Shown one piece after another: positions 38,620-48,902 of a stretch of 64,000 bases of DNA (positions are counted from its first letter, which is position 1; every line of letters begins with the position of its first letter). A program made the position numbers and the translations under genes. This stretch comes from Spirochaetia bacterium (GTDB taxonomy: Bacteria > Spirochaetota > Spirochaetia > UBA9216), in NCBI GenBank assembly GCA_965140585.1, contig OZ223270.1:64001-128000 (forward strand), given 5' to 3'. The notes beneath the pieces were generated by a model. It saw only the letters and a program-made list of their open reading frames with translations. It was not told the origin of the DNA and made no database searches.

Positions 38620-39261
38620 TTGGCTAAGATTTACGTCCTGCACCAGACTAACCCCATCCCAGATGACGAATATAACAGGCTCTTAAAGCTTCTTCCGAAA
38701 GAGAAACAGAAGGATATAGGCAAAAAAATCTTCCGCAAGGACCGGGAAATAATCCTTTTAGCGCACTCGCTATTAAGAAAAGTACTTTTTGAAGAATACA
38801 ATCTAAAAGAGTCTGAATACCGCTTTGATACCGGGAAATATGGGAAGCCCTATCTTACTAAAAGGCCTGACATTCATTTCAACATCTCACATACCCACAA
38901 ATGGGCTGCTGTAGCGCTTTCCGATCATGAAATAGGCGTAGATATTGAAAATCACAGGGAAATCGATCCTGAAAGCCTGTCATCGTATTTTCATCCTGAT
39001 GAGAACGCATATATCAGAAGCTTTTCGAAAGACATGCGGATTGATGCATTTTTTAGAATATGGACAATGAAGGAGAGCTATATTAAGGCAATTGGGCTGG
39101 GTCTGCAGCAGCCTCTGGCAGAGTTCAGTACCATTCCAATTGACAGCATTAATGGGTGGAAGTTCAGTCTGTATTCGGTGAACGGTGGGACCAAGCTGGC
39201 GGTGTGCCAGGATGCGAAGGAAGATTCCGGGCTATCTATAGAATTTATTCCACAATATTAA
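38620..39261 (+). CDS. Sfp-type 4'-phosphopantetheinyl transferase
   Basis: YGKPY, FNISH, IGVDIE, FFRIWTMKESYIKAIGLGL. Confidence 0.93.
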   Translation: MAKIYVLHQTNPIPDDEYNRLLKLLPKEKQKDIGKKIFRKDREIILLAHSLLRKVLFEEYNLKESEYRFDTGKYGKPYLTKRPDIHFNISHTHKWAAVALSDHEIGVDIENHREIDPESLSSYFHPDENAYIRSFSKDMRIDAFFRIWTMKESYIKAIGLGLQQPLAEFSTIPIDSINGWKFSLYSVNGGTKLAVCQDAKEDSGLSIEFIPQY

Positions 39262-40568
39262 CTGAATTTTTCAACATCGTAGCGACCGACAAAGATAGGA
39301 ATCTGCCCATCGCCTTTTCCAGCTCTTTCAATTAGATCACCTTTGTAAGTTTTATCGTTAAATCCCATCTTATGACAAAGACCGAGTATACCCATATTTT
39401 CACGGCTGCCTACCTGAGCCCTGAGCTTAACCTTGGGAATAAAACTCAGAATTGTCTCATCAACAAGAAATGAGTTAAGCAGCTTCTTGGGATCTTCTGT
39501 TGTAAGTATATCCTCAGGGACAGAATTATACAGATCATAAACCGCAGCATAAGGCTGAATGCATTTCAGGCCATAATAACGAAAAGGAGAAAGCTCCCTG
39601 TCAGATGTATCAAGGCCTCCAATAAGGTAGCTCTGGAGCTCTTTCTTGCCTATTCTAGGGAGTTTATAGTATTCAACGCCATCAATCACTTCTCCGGCAT
39701 AATCACAGGTGAACTCATTCATTAAATCACCTGTCAGGATAATCATTTTATTCTTATCTATCTCAGCAACACCATCAACATATTCTCTAATGTTTTTTGC
39801 AAGCAGAATATTTAAGGCTGCACAATGAACATTAAAATCCCTAAAATCCTGACACATCCATGGAGCATCTTTCAAAGATTCAAGTATCTGAGCCTCGCTT
39901 GTTTTGAAAGTCATATGCTTTATTCCAATATGCGATGCAATCTTAATAGATTTTTCCGAATCTTCGGATTTTCCCAGATCCAGAGTACATGCTATTGGAT
40001 TTGAAAGGTATTTTGATGCACTGGATGCAATAATGGTACTGTCCAAACCTCCGGAGAGAGCAACAAAGACAGTCCACCCTGTATCTTCAAGAGATTTAAT
40101 AGTCGTAAAAACAGATTCCAGTCTTTTAGTAAAAACAGTTTTAAAAGCATCAATGTTAAAATCAGAGTAATCCGCTTCAGGAATGTTAAGTGAATGAACT
40201 GTTTCCCGCAGACCGCCCTTTCCTATTCTGACAAGTTTACCAGCCGGAACCGAAAAGATTGGCGTTTTATGAATAAATAAATCTGTAAATTCTGAAGCAA
40301 AAATAATTTCACCTGATTCTGTCTCGGTATAAAACAGCTTGTTTATTCCAAGCGGATCACGCACAGCTTCAAAGATATTGCCGACAGTTTTAGAATATGC
40401 AGAAAACTGCCCAAGATGATTACCTGATTTATAGAAATCAATATTATCGAAATTGATCTGATCAAAAATAAGCGAATACTGCGAATTATCATCAATCCGA
40501 TTTTTTAAGTCAGGGGCGGATACTGTTTTATTCATAACAGAACTATAACATAACATTATTGATTTCAA
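39258..40568 (-). CDS. Asparagine synthetase-like ATP-dependent ligase lacking the N-terminal Cys glutaminase motif
   Basis: GQFS, RDPLGINKLFY, LSGGLDS PP-loop and ILTGD..NE present; no MCGI start. Confidence 0.75.
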   Translation of the reverse strand: MKSIMLCYSSVMNKTVSAPDLKNRIDDNSQYSLIFDQINFDNIDFYKSGNHLGQFSAYSKTVGNIFEAVRDPLGINKLFYTETESGEIIFASEFTDLFIHKTPIFSVPAGKLVRIGKGGLRETVHSLNIPEADYSDFNIDAFKTVFTKRLESVFTTIKSLEDTGWTVFVALSGGLDSTIIASSASKYLSNPIACTLDLGKSEDSEKSIKIASHIGIKHMTFKTSEAQILESLKDAPWMCQDFRDFNVHCAALNILLAKNIREYVDGVAEIDKNKMIILTGDLMNEFTCDYAGEVIDGVEYYKLPRIGKKELQSYLIGGLDTSDRELSPFRYYGLKCIQPYAAVYDLYNSVPEDILTTEDPKKLLNSFLVDETILSFIPKVKLRAQVGSRENMGILGLCHKMGFNDKTYKGDLIERAGKGDGQIPIFVGRYDVEKFS

Positions 40569-40581
40569 CTACTGTCAGCAG

Positions 40582-40609
40582 AAAAAAAAGCCCGCTCGAC
40601 TGAGCAGGC
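40582..40609 (-). terminator. Intrinsic terminator after pstS
   Basis: Minus strand GCCTGCTC-AGTC-GAGCGGGC-T8. Confidence 0.7.
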
Positions 40610-40636
40610 CTATATCGATTCGAATTATCTTCAAAA

Positions 40637-41488
40637 TTATGGAAGGGCGATGAATCCCTCATCTTCAACGATAGTCTGACCTTCGTCACCAAGAAGGAAG
40701 GCTATAAAATCTTTTGCAAAACCTTCTGCTGCACCCATCGTCACAACATTGAGCTTTCTAGAAACTGGATAAGAACCGTCAAGTACGTTGTCTACAGAAG
40801 CTTCAACACCGTCTACGAGGATTGTTTTTGCGCCTGAACTGATTGCTTTATCAACATAACCGAATCCGCAGAAACCGATTGAGTCGGGAGTTGAGCCAAC
40901 CTTGGTTACCATATCGCCGTTTGACTCAACTGTGATAGCATCCTTGAGAAATTCTGCTTCCTTTCCAATTTCTTTTTCGATAGTAAGCTCGAAGAAAGCA
41001 ACTCTGGTTCCTGAAGCTTCGTCTCTGTTTATTACAACGATTGGTTTATCTGCTCCGCCAACCTCTTTCCAGTTTGTTATAGCTCCGGTGTAGATACCTG
41101 CGATGTCAGCTCTCGAAAGGCTGTCGATAATTACATTGTTGTTAGCCACAACTGCAATACCGTCGAGTGCGATTGGTGTTGCAACTGCACCTGCATCTGA
41201 TTCTTTTGATTTAAGCTCCCTGGACGCACCGCCAAGAACGTATACACCGTCAAGAACGCCCTGAACACCAACCGATGAACCCTGTGCTTCGTATGAAAGT
41301 CTTACATCGCTGTGGATAGCCTCATAAGCCTCTATTGCGCTTCTTACGATGGGTTCAACAGTTGTAGAACCACCCATTGAATAACTTACGGGATCTGAGC
41401 TTTCCTGTGCTCCGCCTGCGAACGCTAAACCTGCAGCTAAAAAAGAGGCTGCGAGTAAAAGAAGTACTAATCTATTTATCTTCTTCAT
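40637..41488 (-). CDS. pstS: Phosphate ABC transporter substrate-binding protein
   Basis: GSTTV.P, GSSVG, ASRE, IALDG.AV, RDEASGTR..F, YPVSR.L; no pstCAB nearby. Confidence 0.9.
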   Translation of the reverse strand: MKKINRLVLLLLAASFLAAGLAFAGGAQESSDPVSYSMGGSTTVEPIVRSAIEAYEAIHSDVRLSYEAQGSSVGVQGVLDGVYVLGGASRELKSKESDAGAVATPIALDGIAVVANNNVIIDSLSRADIAGIYTGAITNWKEVGGADKPIVVINRDEASGTRVAFFELTIEKEIGKEAEFLKDAITVESNGDMVTKVGSTPDSIGFCGFGYVDKAISSGAKTILVDGVEASVDNVLDGSYPVSRKLNVVTMGAAEGFAKDFIAFLLGDEGQTIVEDEGFIALP

Positions 41489-41537
41489 TTTTCTCTCCTT
41501 TTGGATTATTATTACTGAGTGTATATTCATATCTAAC

Positions 41538-41576
41538 TGTGACCCGTTTGTTAAAATAAAGTTAGAATAGTGTTAA
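41538..41576 (-). promoter_or_regulatory. Pho-box-like 11-bp-phased direct repeats upstream of pstS
   Basis: Minus strand TTAACA-N5-CTAACT-N5-TTAACA-N5-GTCACA. Confidence 0.65.
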
Positions 41577-41588
41577 AAACAGAGGTAT

Positions 41589-42404
41589 ATGACTATGAAT
41601 TGGTTTTTGAATCAGAATTATGTTGTTCAGGCCCTGCTTGCGACCCTTTTCACCTATGCTGTCACGGCTGCAGGTTCAGCCCTGGTATTCTTTTTTAAAG
41701 AAATTAAGAAAAATATTTTGGATGCGATGCTCGGTTTTGCAGCCGGTGTAATGATAGCTGCAAGCTACTGGTCTCTGCTTGCTCCTGCAATTGAGATGTC
41801 TGAGAGCAGCGGAGGCAATAAATGGATGCCTGCGGTGATAGGTTTTTTAGCCGGTGGCGGATTTCTCTTTCTTGTAGATAAACTGCTGCCCCATCTTCAT
41901 GCCGGATTCAAGGTTGATAAGGCGGAAGGCGTAAAAACCAGCTGGCAGAGAAGCATCCTGCTTGTGCTGGCAATTACAATCCACAACTTCCCCGAAGGAC
42001 TTGCCGTAGGTGTAGCATTCGGTGCGGTTGCAGCAGGGCTGCCTTCAGCAGCCATAGGTGGAGCAATTGCCCTTGCTATAGGTATAGGGATCCAGAATTT
42101 CCCGGAAGGTGCTGCAGTCTCGATTCCACTCAGGCGTGAAGGGATAAGCAGACAAAAAGCTTTCGTTTTCGGACAGGCTTCGGGAATAGTTGAACCGATT
42201 GCCGGTGTCCTTGGAGCATTTGCAGTAGTAAGAATGCAGCCAATCCTGCCGTATGCACTTGCATTTGCAGCGGGAGCAATGATTTATGTAGTAATTGAAG
42301 AATTAATACCGGAATCTCAGCAGGGAACCCATTCAGATGTTGCAACGATAGGAACCATGCTTGGGTTCACTGTAATGATGCTCTTAGACGTAGCGCTTGG
42401 ATAA
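41589..42404 (+). CDS. ZIP family (ZupT/GufA) metal transporter
   Basis: [49 protein letters not shown]. Confidence 0.93.
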   Translation: MTMNWFLNQNYVVQALLATLFTYAVTAAGSALVFFFKEIKKNILDAMLGFAAGVMIAASYWSLLAPAIEMSESSGGNKWMPAVIGFLAGGGFLFLVDKLLPHLHAGFKVDKAEGVKTSWQRSILLVLAITIHNFPEGLAVGVAFGAVAAGLPSAAIGGAIALAIGIGIQNFPEGAAVSIPLRREGISRQKAFVFGQASGIVEPIAGVLGAFAVVRMQPILPYALAFAAGAMIYVVIEELIPESQQGTHSDVATIGTMLGFTVMMLLDVALG

Positions 42405-42773
42405 ATACAGGCCGATAAAGGCGGATAAAAATCCTAATCCAATATTAAGCCCGGTATTCAGTAAAGCTGTTGCCGGGCTTCCTTTTTGAAACATCTCAAC
42501 AGTTTCCACTGAGAAAGTGGAAAAAGTAGTTAATGCCCCCAAAAAGCCAGTACCTATCAAAAGACGCAACTCCAGTGAAATACCCTTGCTGCTTAACGGA
42601 ATGCCTGCAATGAACCCCAGGATAAAGCTTCCAAGTGCATTAACAACCAATGTCCCGAGTGGATAACCCCACCCGGTCAGATGTATCATAAGCCTGGATA
42701 TCCAATAGCGCGCATTACTGCCTAAAAAGCCGCCGATACCGAGGAGAAGAATTTTTTTTAGAGTTTCATGCAT
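42384..42773 (-). CDS. crcB: Fluoride efflux channel CrcB/Fluc
   Basis: GG.LG...[26 protein letters not shown]. Confidence 0.93.
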   Translation of the reverse strand: MHETLKKILLLGIGGFLGSNARYWISRLMIHLTGWGYPLGTLVVNALGSFILGFIAGIPLSSKGISLELRLLIGTGFLGALTTFSTFSVETVEMFQKGSPATALLNTGLNIGLGFLSAFIGLYLSKRYV

Positions 42774-42853
42774 GGAGAGATGTTAACATATTCTACTAAT
42801 GAGCTCAAACGAAAAGAAAAATCTAATCACACTTTCATAGTTTTAAACAATAT

Positions 42854-43039
42854 TTAAAAGTCTTTAATAAAATCCCATAAATGTCTATCTGGAAAAATAT
42901 CAATTCCAAGAACAGATTTTAAAAAATATAAAATTAGTACAATGACTATTATTAGCATCAAAAATAAAAAAAGAACTCCGAATAACAAATATATAACATC
43001 ACCGATTATTTTAATTTTTTTTTTGTTATCTAAGTTCAT
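42854..43039 (-). CDS. Small membrane protein
   Basis: One long hydrophobic helix followed by K..LGIDIF.D.HL; 10 bp downstream of the preceding gene. Confidence 0.55.
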   Translation of the reverse strand: MNLDNKKKIKIIGDVIYLLFGVLFLFLMLIIVIVLILYFLKSVLGIDIFPDRHLWDFIKDF

Positions 43040-43049
43040 AAATATCTAA

Positions 43050-43760
43050 CTAATAAGAGGGCAGAATGTATATAAACGAAGGAACTATCTCAATTAAATC
43101 ATCATTGTAATTAAACATTGTAGAAACTTCTATAGAAAACAGAGGACCAGAATCCGGTTTAAATATTATATTTCCGAACCCTCCATAATATAAATTTTCT
43201 TCATGCTCATAACTTTCAACAACAGGAGCGATAGGATTACTACTTTCATAGGTAATATGATTGAAATTTGAGTAGCGAAATTCCCCTCCAATAATAAAAC
43301 TAATTATCATATCCTTCAGAAATTCGTGAAATATAGAAATTCCAAGATTATAGCCCTGACTTGTTTTGGTATAATCAAAATAATCCAGATAAGCAGAATT
43401 ATTATAGTTTGTATAGCCATATGCAATTTCAAGCTGTATGTTAATGGGGTTAACCTCATTCTGCTTAATAGCAATTAGATTATAAATAAGATCCAGATTC
43501 CAGTTTATGCTATTCGAATCATTAACATTCCCGTTTTCACGATTTAGAATAAATCCAATATCCATGATGCCTCCAATCGAATAAGCGATTGAAGCACCTA
43601 TTGAATCTAAAAATATACCAGAATCAGAAGAATCAAATTGTGTATTTATTTGAAAACCGGTACCAGCCACTCCCTCTTCAAGAAAACGGCTTTGCGCAAA
43701 TAAAGTGAACGGTATAAAAAATATGGCAACAAAAAAGATCAGTCGTCGATAAAAAATCAT
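43050..43760 (-). CDS. Exported protein, putative outer-membrane beta-barrel
   Basis: Signal peptide ending LFAQ; alternating aromatic/polar strands; C-terminal aromatic residues. Confidence 0.6.
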   Translation of the reverse strand: MIFYRRLIFFVAIFFIPFTLFAQSRFLEEGVAGTGFQINTQFDSSDSGIFLDSIGASIAYSIGGIMDIGFILNRENGNVNDSNSINWNLDLIYNLIAIKQNEVNPINIQLEIAYGYTNYNNSAYLDYFDYTKTSQGYNLGISIFHEFLKDMIISFIIGGEFRYSNFNHITYESSNPIAPVVESYEHEENLYYGGFGNIIFKPDSGPLFSIEVSTMFNYNDDLIEIVPSFIYILPSY

Positions 43761-43823
43761 TAACCTTCCCAGATAACTTTATGAAATAGCTTACTTTTAT
43801 TTTGGATTGACGTCAATATGCTA

Positions 43824-44945
43824 TCATCGACAGTATAAAGCGTACAAAGTACCATAATCACCGATAACATCACTCAAACTTACATTAGTTTTTGCAGCGC
43901 CATCAGTATTATAAATACCTATCCAGTTTTCAGTTCCTAAAACAAAACTACCAGAGTCTGAACCAAATGCTGCATACAGGGTTTTATAAGAAGTAGAGGT
44001 GTAAACTTCTATAGGCTCCAAAGTTCCTGTTAAAATTGAATTACTAACTAGATCAATAAGGTAAACACCGTAATGCCCGTACATAAGAAGATTTTCACGA
44101 TTAGGAGAAATTACCAATTCAGTAAATAAGGCATCCATGCCATCAAGTACCAATTGAGCACTAGTTCTGTAACTGTTAGTCTCTACATTTTTTTCATATA
44201 GACGGTTGGTATCACCGGGTTTATTTTTAAAAATTACACTGTCATTATCTCGCCAACAGTAAAAGAAGGAATCATATAAATCTACAGGTGTGTCATATGT
44301 ATCACTGTAATATTCGGTAATTTCATTTACTGCGGCATTTGACTGACCAAGGGTTATGTATGTATATGCATGAAGAGCTACTTCTTCCTGTCTCCAGTCC
44401 TGTTCCTTAAAAACGATTTTATCCAACTCCGGAGACAACATGCCCCAGTGATTACATCTATAATCTTCATGGGGTACTAAAGTATAAGCGGTTTCACCAA
44501 CATTATAAACATCAATGTATCCGTCATCGGTAAAAATAACACTGTCATTATCAATAAACTCAGATTCGTTACTTGCAACTCCTGATGCAAGGATAGTCTC
44601 TACCCCTGTATTCAGATTTTTTAATACAAGATCTTTTGCAGTTCCATTATTTTTAGCAAAAAGTAAGTAATTCAAATCATCTGAAATTCTCATATTAGAG
44701 TAATAGGTATCGGTACAAGCGTCTGACGCAAGTTCTTTATAGTCTTCAGGTTTACTTGAATAGAAGCCATATATTTTACCGTCAATATTCGCAATTATAT
44801 ATAAGTCTTCATCAGGAGAATCAAGGATTTCTTCGGTTCCAGCAGGATCAGGATCATATGTGAAATTTGAATTGGAATCTGTTGGGCATGAAGCAAAAAG
44901 TAAAATAGAAATTACAAAAAGAGAAATATTAAAATATTTTTTCAT
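43824..44945 (-). CDS. Lipoprotein, probable beta-propeller (TolB/WD40-like)
   Basis: Lipobox FASC; repeated ISDD/LSPE/ISPN/FGSD...(I/L)(V/L)F blade-like segments. Confidence 0.6.
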   Translation of the reverse strand: MKKYFNISLFVISILLFASCPTDSNSNFTYDPDPAGTEEILDSPDEDLYIIANIDGKIYGFYSSKPEDYKELASDACTDTYYSNMRISDDLNYLLFAKNNGTAKDLVLKNLNTGVETILASGVASNESEFIDNDSVIFTDDGYIDVYNVGETAYTLVPHEDYRCNHWGMLSPELDKIVFKEQDWRQEEVALHAYTYITLGQSNAAVNEITEYYSDTYDTPVDLYDSFFYCWRDNDSVIFKNKPGDTNRLYEKNVETNSYRTSAQLVLDGMDALFTELVISPNRENLLMYGHYGVYLIDLVSNSILTGTLEPIEVYTSTSYKTLYAAFGSDSGSFVLGTENWIGIYNTDGAAKTNVSLSDVIGDYGTLYALYCR

Positions 44946-45106
44946 AACACTTCCTTGTTAGTATACTGAATATAGTTTCTTTACCTAATATACCATATCC
45001 CCTCTGAATCAAGATTTAAATACAAATAAAGTAGTATTTTACCTATATATATTAGTACTTTTCCTAATAGAAATTTGTTAATTTTCTAATTATTATAAAA
45101 AAAGTA

Positions 45107-46081
45107 TCAAGATTCCTGCCAATCAACATACCATCCACTTACTGGATCAGCGTCATCATCCATTGAAGCGTGTAATCCAGATTCTCCATCTGTTACTAAT
45201 GAACTTACTGCAAATTCATAGACACCATATGTTAATTTAGAGGTCGTTATCTGAAGTTGAGGTGATGCTTCTGCTTTTATTTGTTCTAATAGTATCCAAT
45301 CCAAAGTACCTCTATTTCTATAATAGACATTATAGAATTCATTCGCGCCACCATCAGCACATTCCCATGCTATCAGAAAACTTTCAGCAGTAATTGTTAT
45401 ACATTCACCAACTTTATTTAAATTATTAAAAACAGTCTCAATTATTGATGTACATAATTTCAAAACTCTTACAGTCCAGGTTCCGCCTGAGACAGTCTCA
45501 ACAGAATCATACAACCTTAATGAAACTGTGTAATACCCCGAAGCAAGGTTATCTACTATAGCTTCTGCCACTCCACCAGAACAGTCTATACTGACATCAG
45601 TTTCATTACCATCTTTATCCTTAATAACAGCAATTACTGAAGGATCAACAGTGTACTCAGCTGCCCATTGAACACTAATTAACAGCGAACCGTCACCGCT
45701 GACTGCATTCAATGATAACTCAAGTTCATTCTCCTCATCGTTAATAACATATATACTTGTTTCCCCGAATAAAACCAGAGACTCATCGGCTGTATAACCC
45801 TCGACTTCTATAGTCCAGTCACCTGTAGCAAGATTGTCTACGGTTATACTTGTCGATTCAGACTCTTTATAGAATGTTTCATCATCAGGACCGGATCCGT
45901 AGAATTTGTAGGTTATGACATCAAGACTTCTTGAAATCGAAGATTCACTTGAATATATAGTTATATTCAGAGACCCCTTTCCCCCTAGTAAAGAGAACAA
46001 AGGATTTTGACATGACGAAACTAAAATTATAAAAACTGTTATTACCAGTAAATTTTTTATTCTTGCAGTTAAATTGTTCAT
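45107..46081 (-). CDS. Ig-like/FN3 multidomain lipoprotein (paralog A)
   Basis: ATG 46081 after GGAGGGG; lipobox VSSC; G.GP...L..G.W and L.SGYYT domains; C-terminal domain ends HASMDDDADPVSGWYVDW. Confidence 0.75.
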   Translation of the reverse strand: MNNLTARIKNLLVITVFIILVSSCQNPLFSLLGGKGSLNITIYSSESSISRSLDVITYKFYGSGPDDETFYKESESTSITVDNLATGDWTIEVEGYTADESLVLFGETSIYVINDEENELELSLNAVSGDGSLLISVQWAAEYTVDPSVIAVIKDKDGNETDVSIDCSGGVAEAIVDNLASGYYTVSLRLYDSVETVSGGTWTVRVLKLCTSIIETVFNNLNKVGECITITAESFLIAWECADGGANEFYNVYYRNRGTLDWILLEQIKAEASPQLQITTSKLTYGVYEFAVSSLVTDGESGLHASMDDDADPVSGWYVDWQES

Positions 46082-46113
46082 ATTCCCCTCCAAAAAGGAT
46101 ATCGGGGTATAAA

Positions 46114-46130
46114 AGCAATAATCATGCCAA
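46114..46130 (-). promoter_or_regulatory. Sigma54 (-24/-12) promoter
   Basis: Minus strand TTGGCATGATTATTGCT: GG-N10-GC, about 33 bp upstream of the lipoprotein ATG. Confidence 0.8.
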
Positions 46131-46269
46131 AATCAAAGCATCTCCGCTAATGAATTAAATACTTATAAAATAACGATTTAACAGTAACTTATGAGATTCT
46201 ATGAAGATTTTACAATTTTATTAGCTACCTTCTCTGAATAAATCTGTACTCAGGTTTCAATCTTGTAAT

Positions 46270-47292
46270 TCAACTTTTAAGGGTTTGAAGAAATGATTTT
46301 ACAATTACCGGATCAAACATTGTTCCGGCAGATTCTTTTATGAATATGGCAGCATCCTTCTCTGATATCCTACTTCTATGCGGCCTGTCACTGATAAGGG
46401 CCGAAAAAACATCAGCAACTGCAATAATTCTCGCTGAGAATGGGATGGAATCGCCTTTCAAACCTTCAGGATAGCCTGAGCCGTCATATCGTTCATGATG
46501 ATAAAGAACATGGGGAATCAAAGGCTTTAGGTATTCTATGTTTTCAATCATCTGTTTTCCATGAATAACATGATATTTTATTTTCTCGAATGCAGCAGCA
46601 TCTACAGTTTTATCGTTAAAAAGAATACTTTCACTTACACCTATCATACCAACATCATGAAGAAGGCATCCAATCTGCATCTGATAAAGTTCTTCATCAT
46701 CAAGACCAAGAGTCTTTCCGATTGCCCTGGCCAGTGCCGCAACAGACTCAGCGTGCCCTGTCATATACGGAGTTCTTTCCTCAATCACATTCATAACCGA
46801 TTTAACTGTTTTATATGAAGCTTCTGCAAGTTCCCGGTTTTTACGTTTCAGCTCCCAGACAAGCAGGGCTCCAGTCTGACGCAAACGGGTACTAAGCTCT
46901 TTCATTATTGAATAAGCTATCTGCGGAACAACCCCCAGGACTTTCTCAAAATCTTTATAAGAAACTTCCATCACGGTAGTAGAATCAACAGCTCTCGCGG
47001 TAGCTGACCGTGGCCCCTCATCAAGGATGGCCATCTCACCGAAAAATTCTCCGTCGCTGTACATCCCAAGAATAACCTCTTCACCATCCTCAAATTTCTT
47101 AAGAATTTCGATTTTACCCTTATGGATTATAAAAAAAGTTTCCGCCCTGCTGTTTTCTTCAATGATTATTTCACCGCTGTCATAGCTCTTCTCAACAGTT
47201 ATAGCTGCTATTTCTTTTAAATCCTGTTCTGCAACCTCATCAAAAAATGAGATTTCTTTTAGTTTCTGTATTCTTGAATGCTCGGACATCAC
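46270..47292 (-). CDS. cNMP-binding domain + HD-GYP phosphodiesterase
   Basis: GEFFGEMAILDEGPRSATARA phosphate-binding cassette; GH..SV, LHDVG, HHERYDGSGYP, RIIAVAD, RP.R. Confidence 0.9.
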   Translation of the reverse strand: MMSEHSRIQKLKEISFFDEVAEQDLKEIAAITVEKSYDSGEIIIEENSRAETFFIIHKGKIEILKKFEDGEEVILGMYSDGEFFGEMAILDEGPRSATARAVDSTTVMEVSYKDFEKVLGVVPQIAYSIMKELSTRLRQTGALLVWELKRKNRELAEASYKTVKSVMNVIEERTPYMTGHAESVAALARAIGKTLGLDDEELYQMQIGCLLHDVGMIGVSESILFNDKTVDAAAFEKIKYHVIHGKQMIENIEYLKPLIPHVLYHHERYDGSGYPEGLKGDSIPFSARIIAVADVFSALISDRPHRSRISEKDAAIFIKESAGTMFDPVIVKSFLQTLKS

Positions 47293-47425
47293 TTTTCTCC
47301 TGAGAAACCTTTCAGTGTAAATTCATTATATGATAAAGAATTACGGACATCAATTGGCCAGTTACATTACTGTAATTGTTAAATAGACATCTAATATAAA
47401 AAATGGTACTGTTTTATGAAAGTAT

Positions 47426-48841
47426 ATGCAAAATTTGTTATTTATTGATAAAGATGAGAATCTCTGCAACGATATATCCGGATACCTTAAAAGTGCCGGT
47501 ACACAAATAGAATATGCCCTTGATTTTGATACTGCTATAGATTTAATCAGTACAAATCATTTCGATCTGATAATATCAACCGTCAAATTCCAGAACGGTT
47601 CAGTAAAAGAAATCATTAAAGAAGCACATGACCAGGACTCCACTACAGTTGTACTTGTACATACTGATATAGACAGCGTAAATGAGGCTGTCAGAGCGGT
47701 AAAAGAGGGTGCTTACGGCATTTTAAGAAAGCCGATTAACATTCCTGAGCTTGTTTTCCAGATAAAAAAAGCGCTCGAAAAAAGAAGCCAGGAACAGACG
47801 CTTGAATCAAATCAGAGTAAATTCCAGAGTAACTATCAGCCTTCCAACTTCATCGGTCAGAGCCCTGAAATTAAAAAAATATTTCACATTGTGAACAGAG
47901 TGGCGAAAAGCAGATCAAGTGTAATCATAACAGGAGAGACAGGAACCGGAAAAGAACTGATTGCCGGGTCTATTCACTACAACAGTGACAGGTCAAAGAA
48001 ACCCTTCGTAAAGGTAAACTGCGCAGCCCTTCCTGAGACTCTACTTGAAAGTGAGCTCTTCGGATATGAAAGGGGAGCATTCACAGGTGCTGACAGGACA
48101 AGAGTCGGAAGATTTGAGCAGGCAGATGGCGGGACGATCTTTCTTGACGAAGTAGCTGATATGAGCATGTATACCCAGGCTAAAGTACTTCGTGTACTCC
48201 AGGAAAGAGAATTCGAACGTGTAGGCAGTAATAAAACAATAAAAACCGATACCCGCATAATTTCAGCAACAAACAAGGATCTTCTTCAGATGATGGAAGA
48301 TGGAGATTTGCGTGAGGATCTGTATTACCGATTAAATGTCGTAAGCATACATTTGCCGGCATTACGTGAACGGAAGGATGACATAAGACTATTAGTCCAT
48401 CACTTTGTAAGAAAATATTCACTTTCGGTAAACAGACGTATTCGGGGAGTACACAGGGAAGCCCTTAAGATGCTGATGGATTACAGCTGGCCGGGAAATA
48501 TAAGAGAGCTTGAAAATACGATTGAACGTGTGGTTCTTATGACTGAAGGAGATATCATTACACCCGAAGAACTGAAACTGCATTTCAATAAACGGCATAA
48601 AAGTATTAATAAAACTCCAGTATCACAATTAAGCAGCAGGACTTCTGATTCAGGGATTATTCTCCCCGAACAGGGCGTATGTCTTGAGGAAGTGGAGGAA
48701 AACTTAATACTACAGGCACTTGAACGTTCAGCCTGGGTCCAGAAAGATGCTGCGGAACTGCTGAATGTCTCAAGCAGAGTGCTGAATTATAAGGTCAAAC
48801 GTTTTGGAATAACTCATGACAGCTGGAGACAAAACAAATAA
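47426..48841 (+). CDS. Sigma54-dependent enhancer-binding protein (degenerate receiver-AAA+-Fis HTH)
   Basis: [46 protein letters not shown] and a C-terminal HTH; the receiver has IIST where the phospho-Asp is expected. Confidence 0.93.
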   Translation: MQNLLFIDKDENLCNDISGYLKSAGTQIEYALDFDTAIDLISTNHFDLIISTVKFQNGSVKEIIKEAHDQDSTTVVLVHTDIDSVNEAVRAVKEGAYGILRKPINIPELVFQIKKALEKRSQEQTLESNQSKFQSNYQPSNFIGQSPEIKKIFHIVNRVAKSRSSVIITGETGTGKELIAGSIHYNSDRSKKPFVKVNCAALPETLLESELFGYERGAFTGADRTRVGRFEQADGGTIFLDEVADMSMYTQAKVLRVLQEREFERVGSNKTIKTDTRIISATNKDLLQMMEDGDLREDLYYRLNVVSIHLPALRERKDDIRLLVHHFVRKYSLSVNRRIRGVHREALKMLMDYSWPGNIRELENTIERVVLMTEGDIITPEELKLHFNKRHKSINKTPVSQLSSRTSDSGIILPEQGVCLEEVEENLILQALERSAWVQKDAAELLNVSSRVLNYKVKRFGITHDSWRQNK

Positions 48842-48873
48842 AAAAGCTGTTCTCCATTGAGAAAACAGCTTTT
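48842..48873. terminator. Bidirectional terminator
   Basis: AAAAGCTGTT...AACAGCTTTT between convergent genes. Confidence 0.65.
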
Positions 48874-48902
48874 ACAAACAGTAAGATATAAAACTATTCT
48901 AC

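Noticed and set aside
39258-40568. Lasso peptide cyclase / RiPP cluster
   Set aside because: No precursor peptide, RRE or B-protein peptidase is seen nearby
42774-42853. Fluoride riboswitch expected upstream of crcB
   Set aside because: No GGCGATG...GCC / CTRATG-type consensus is visible in the short AT-rich leader
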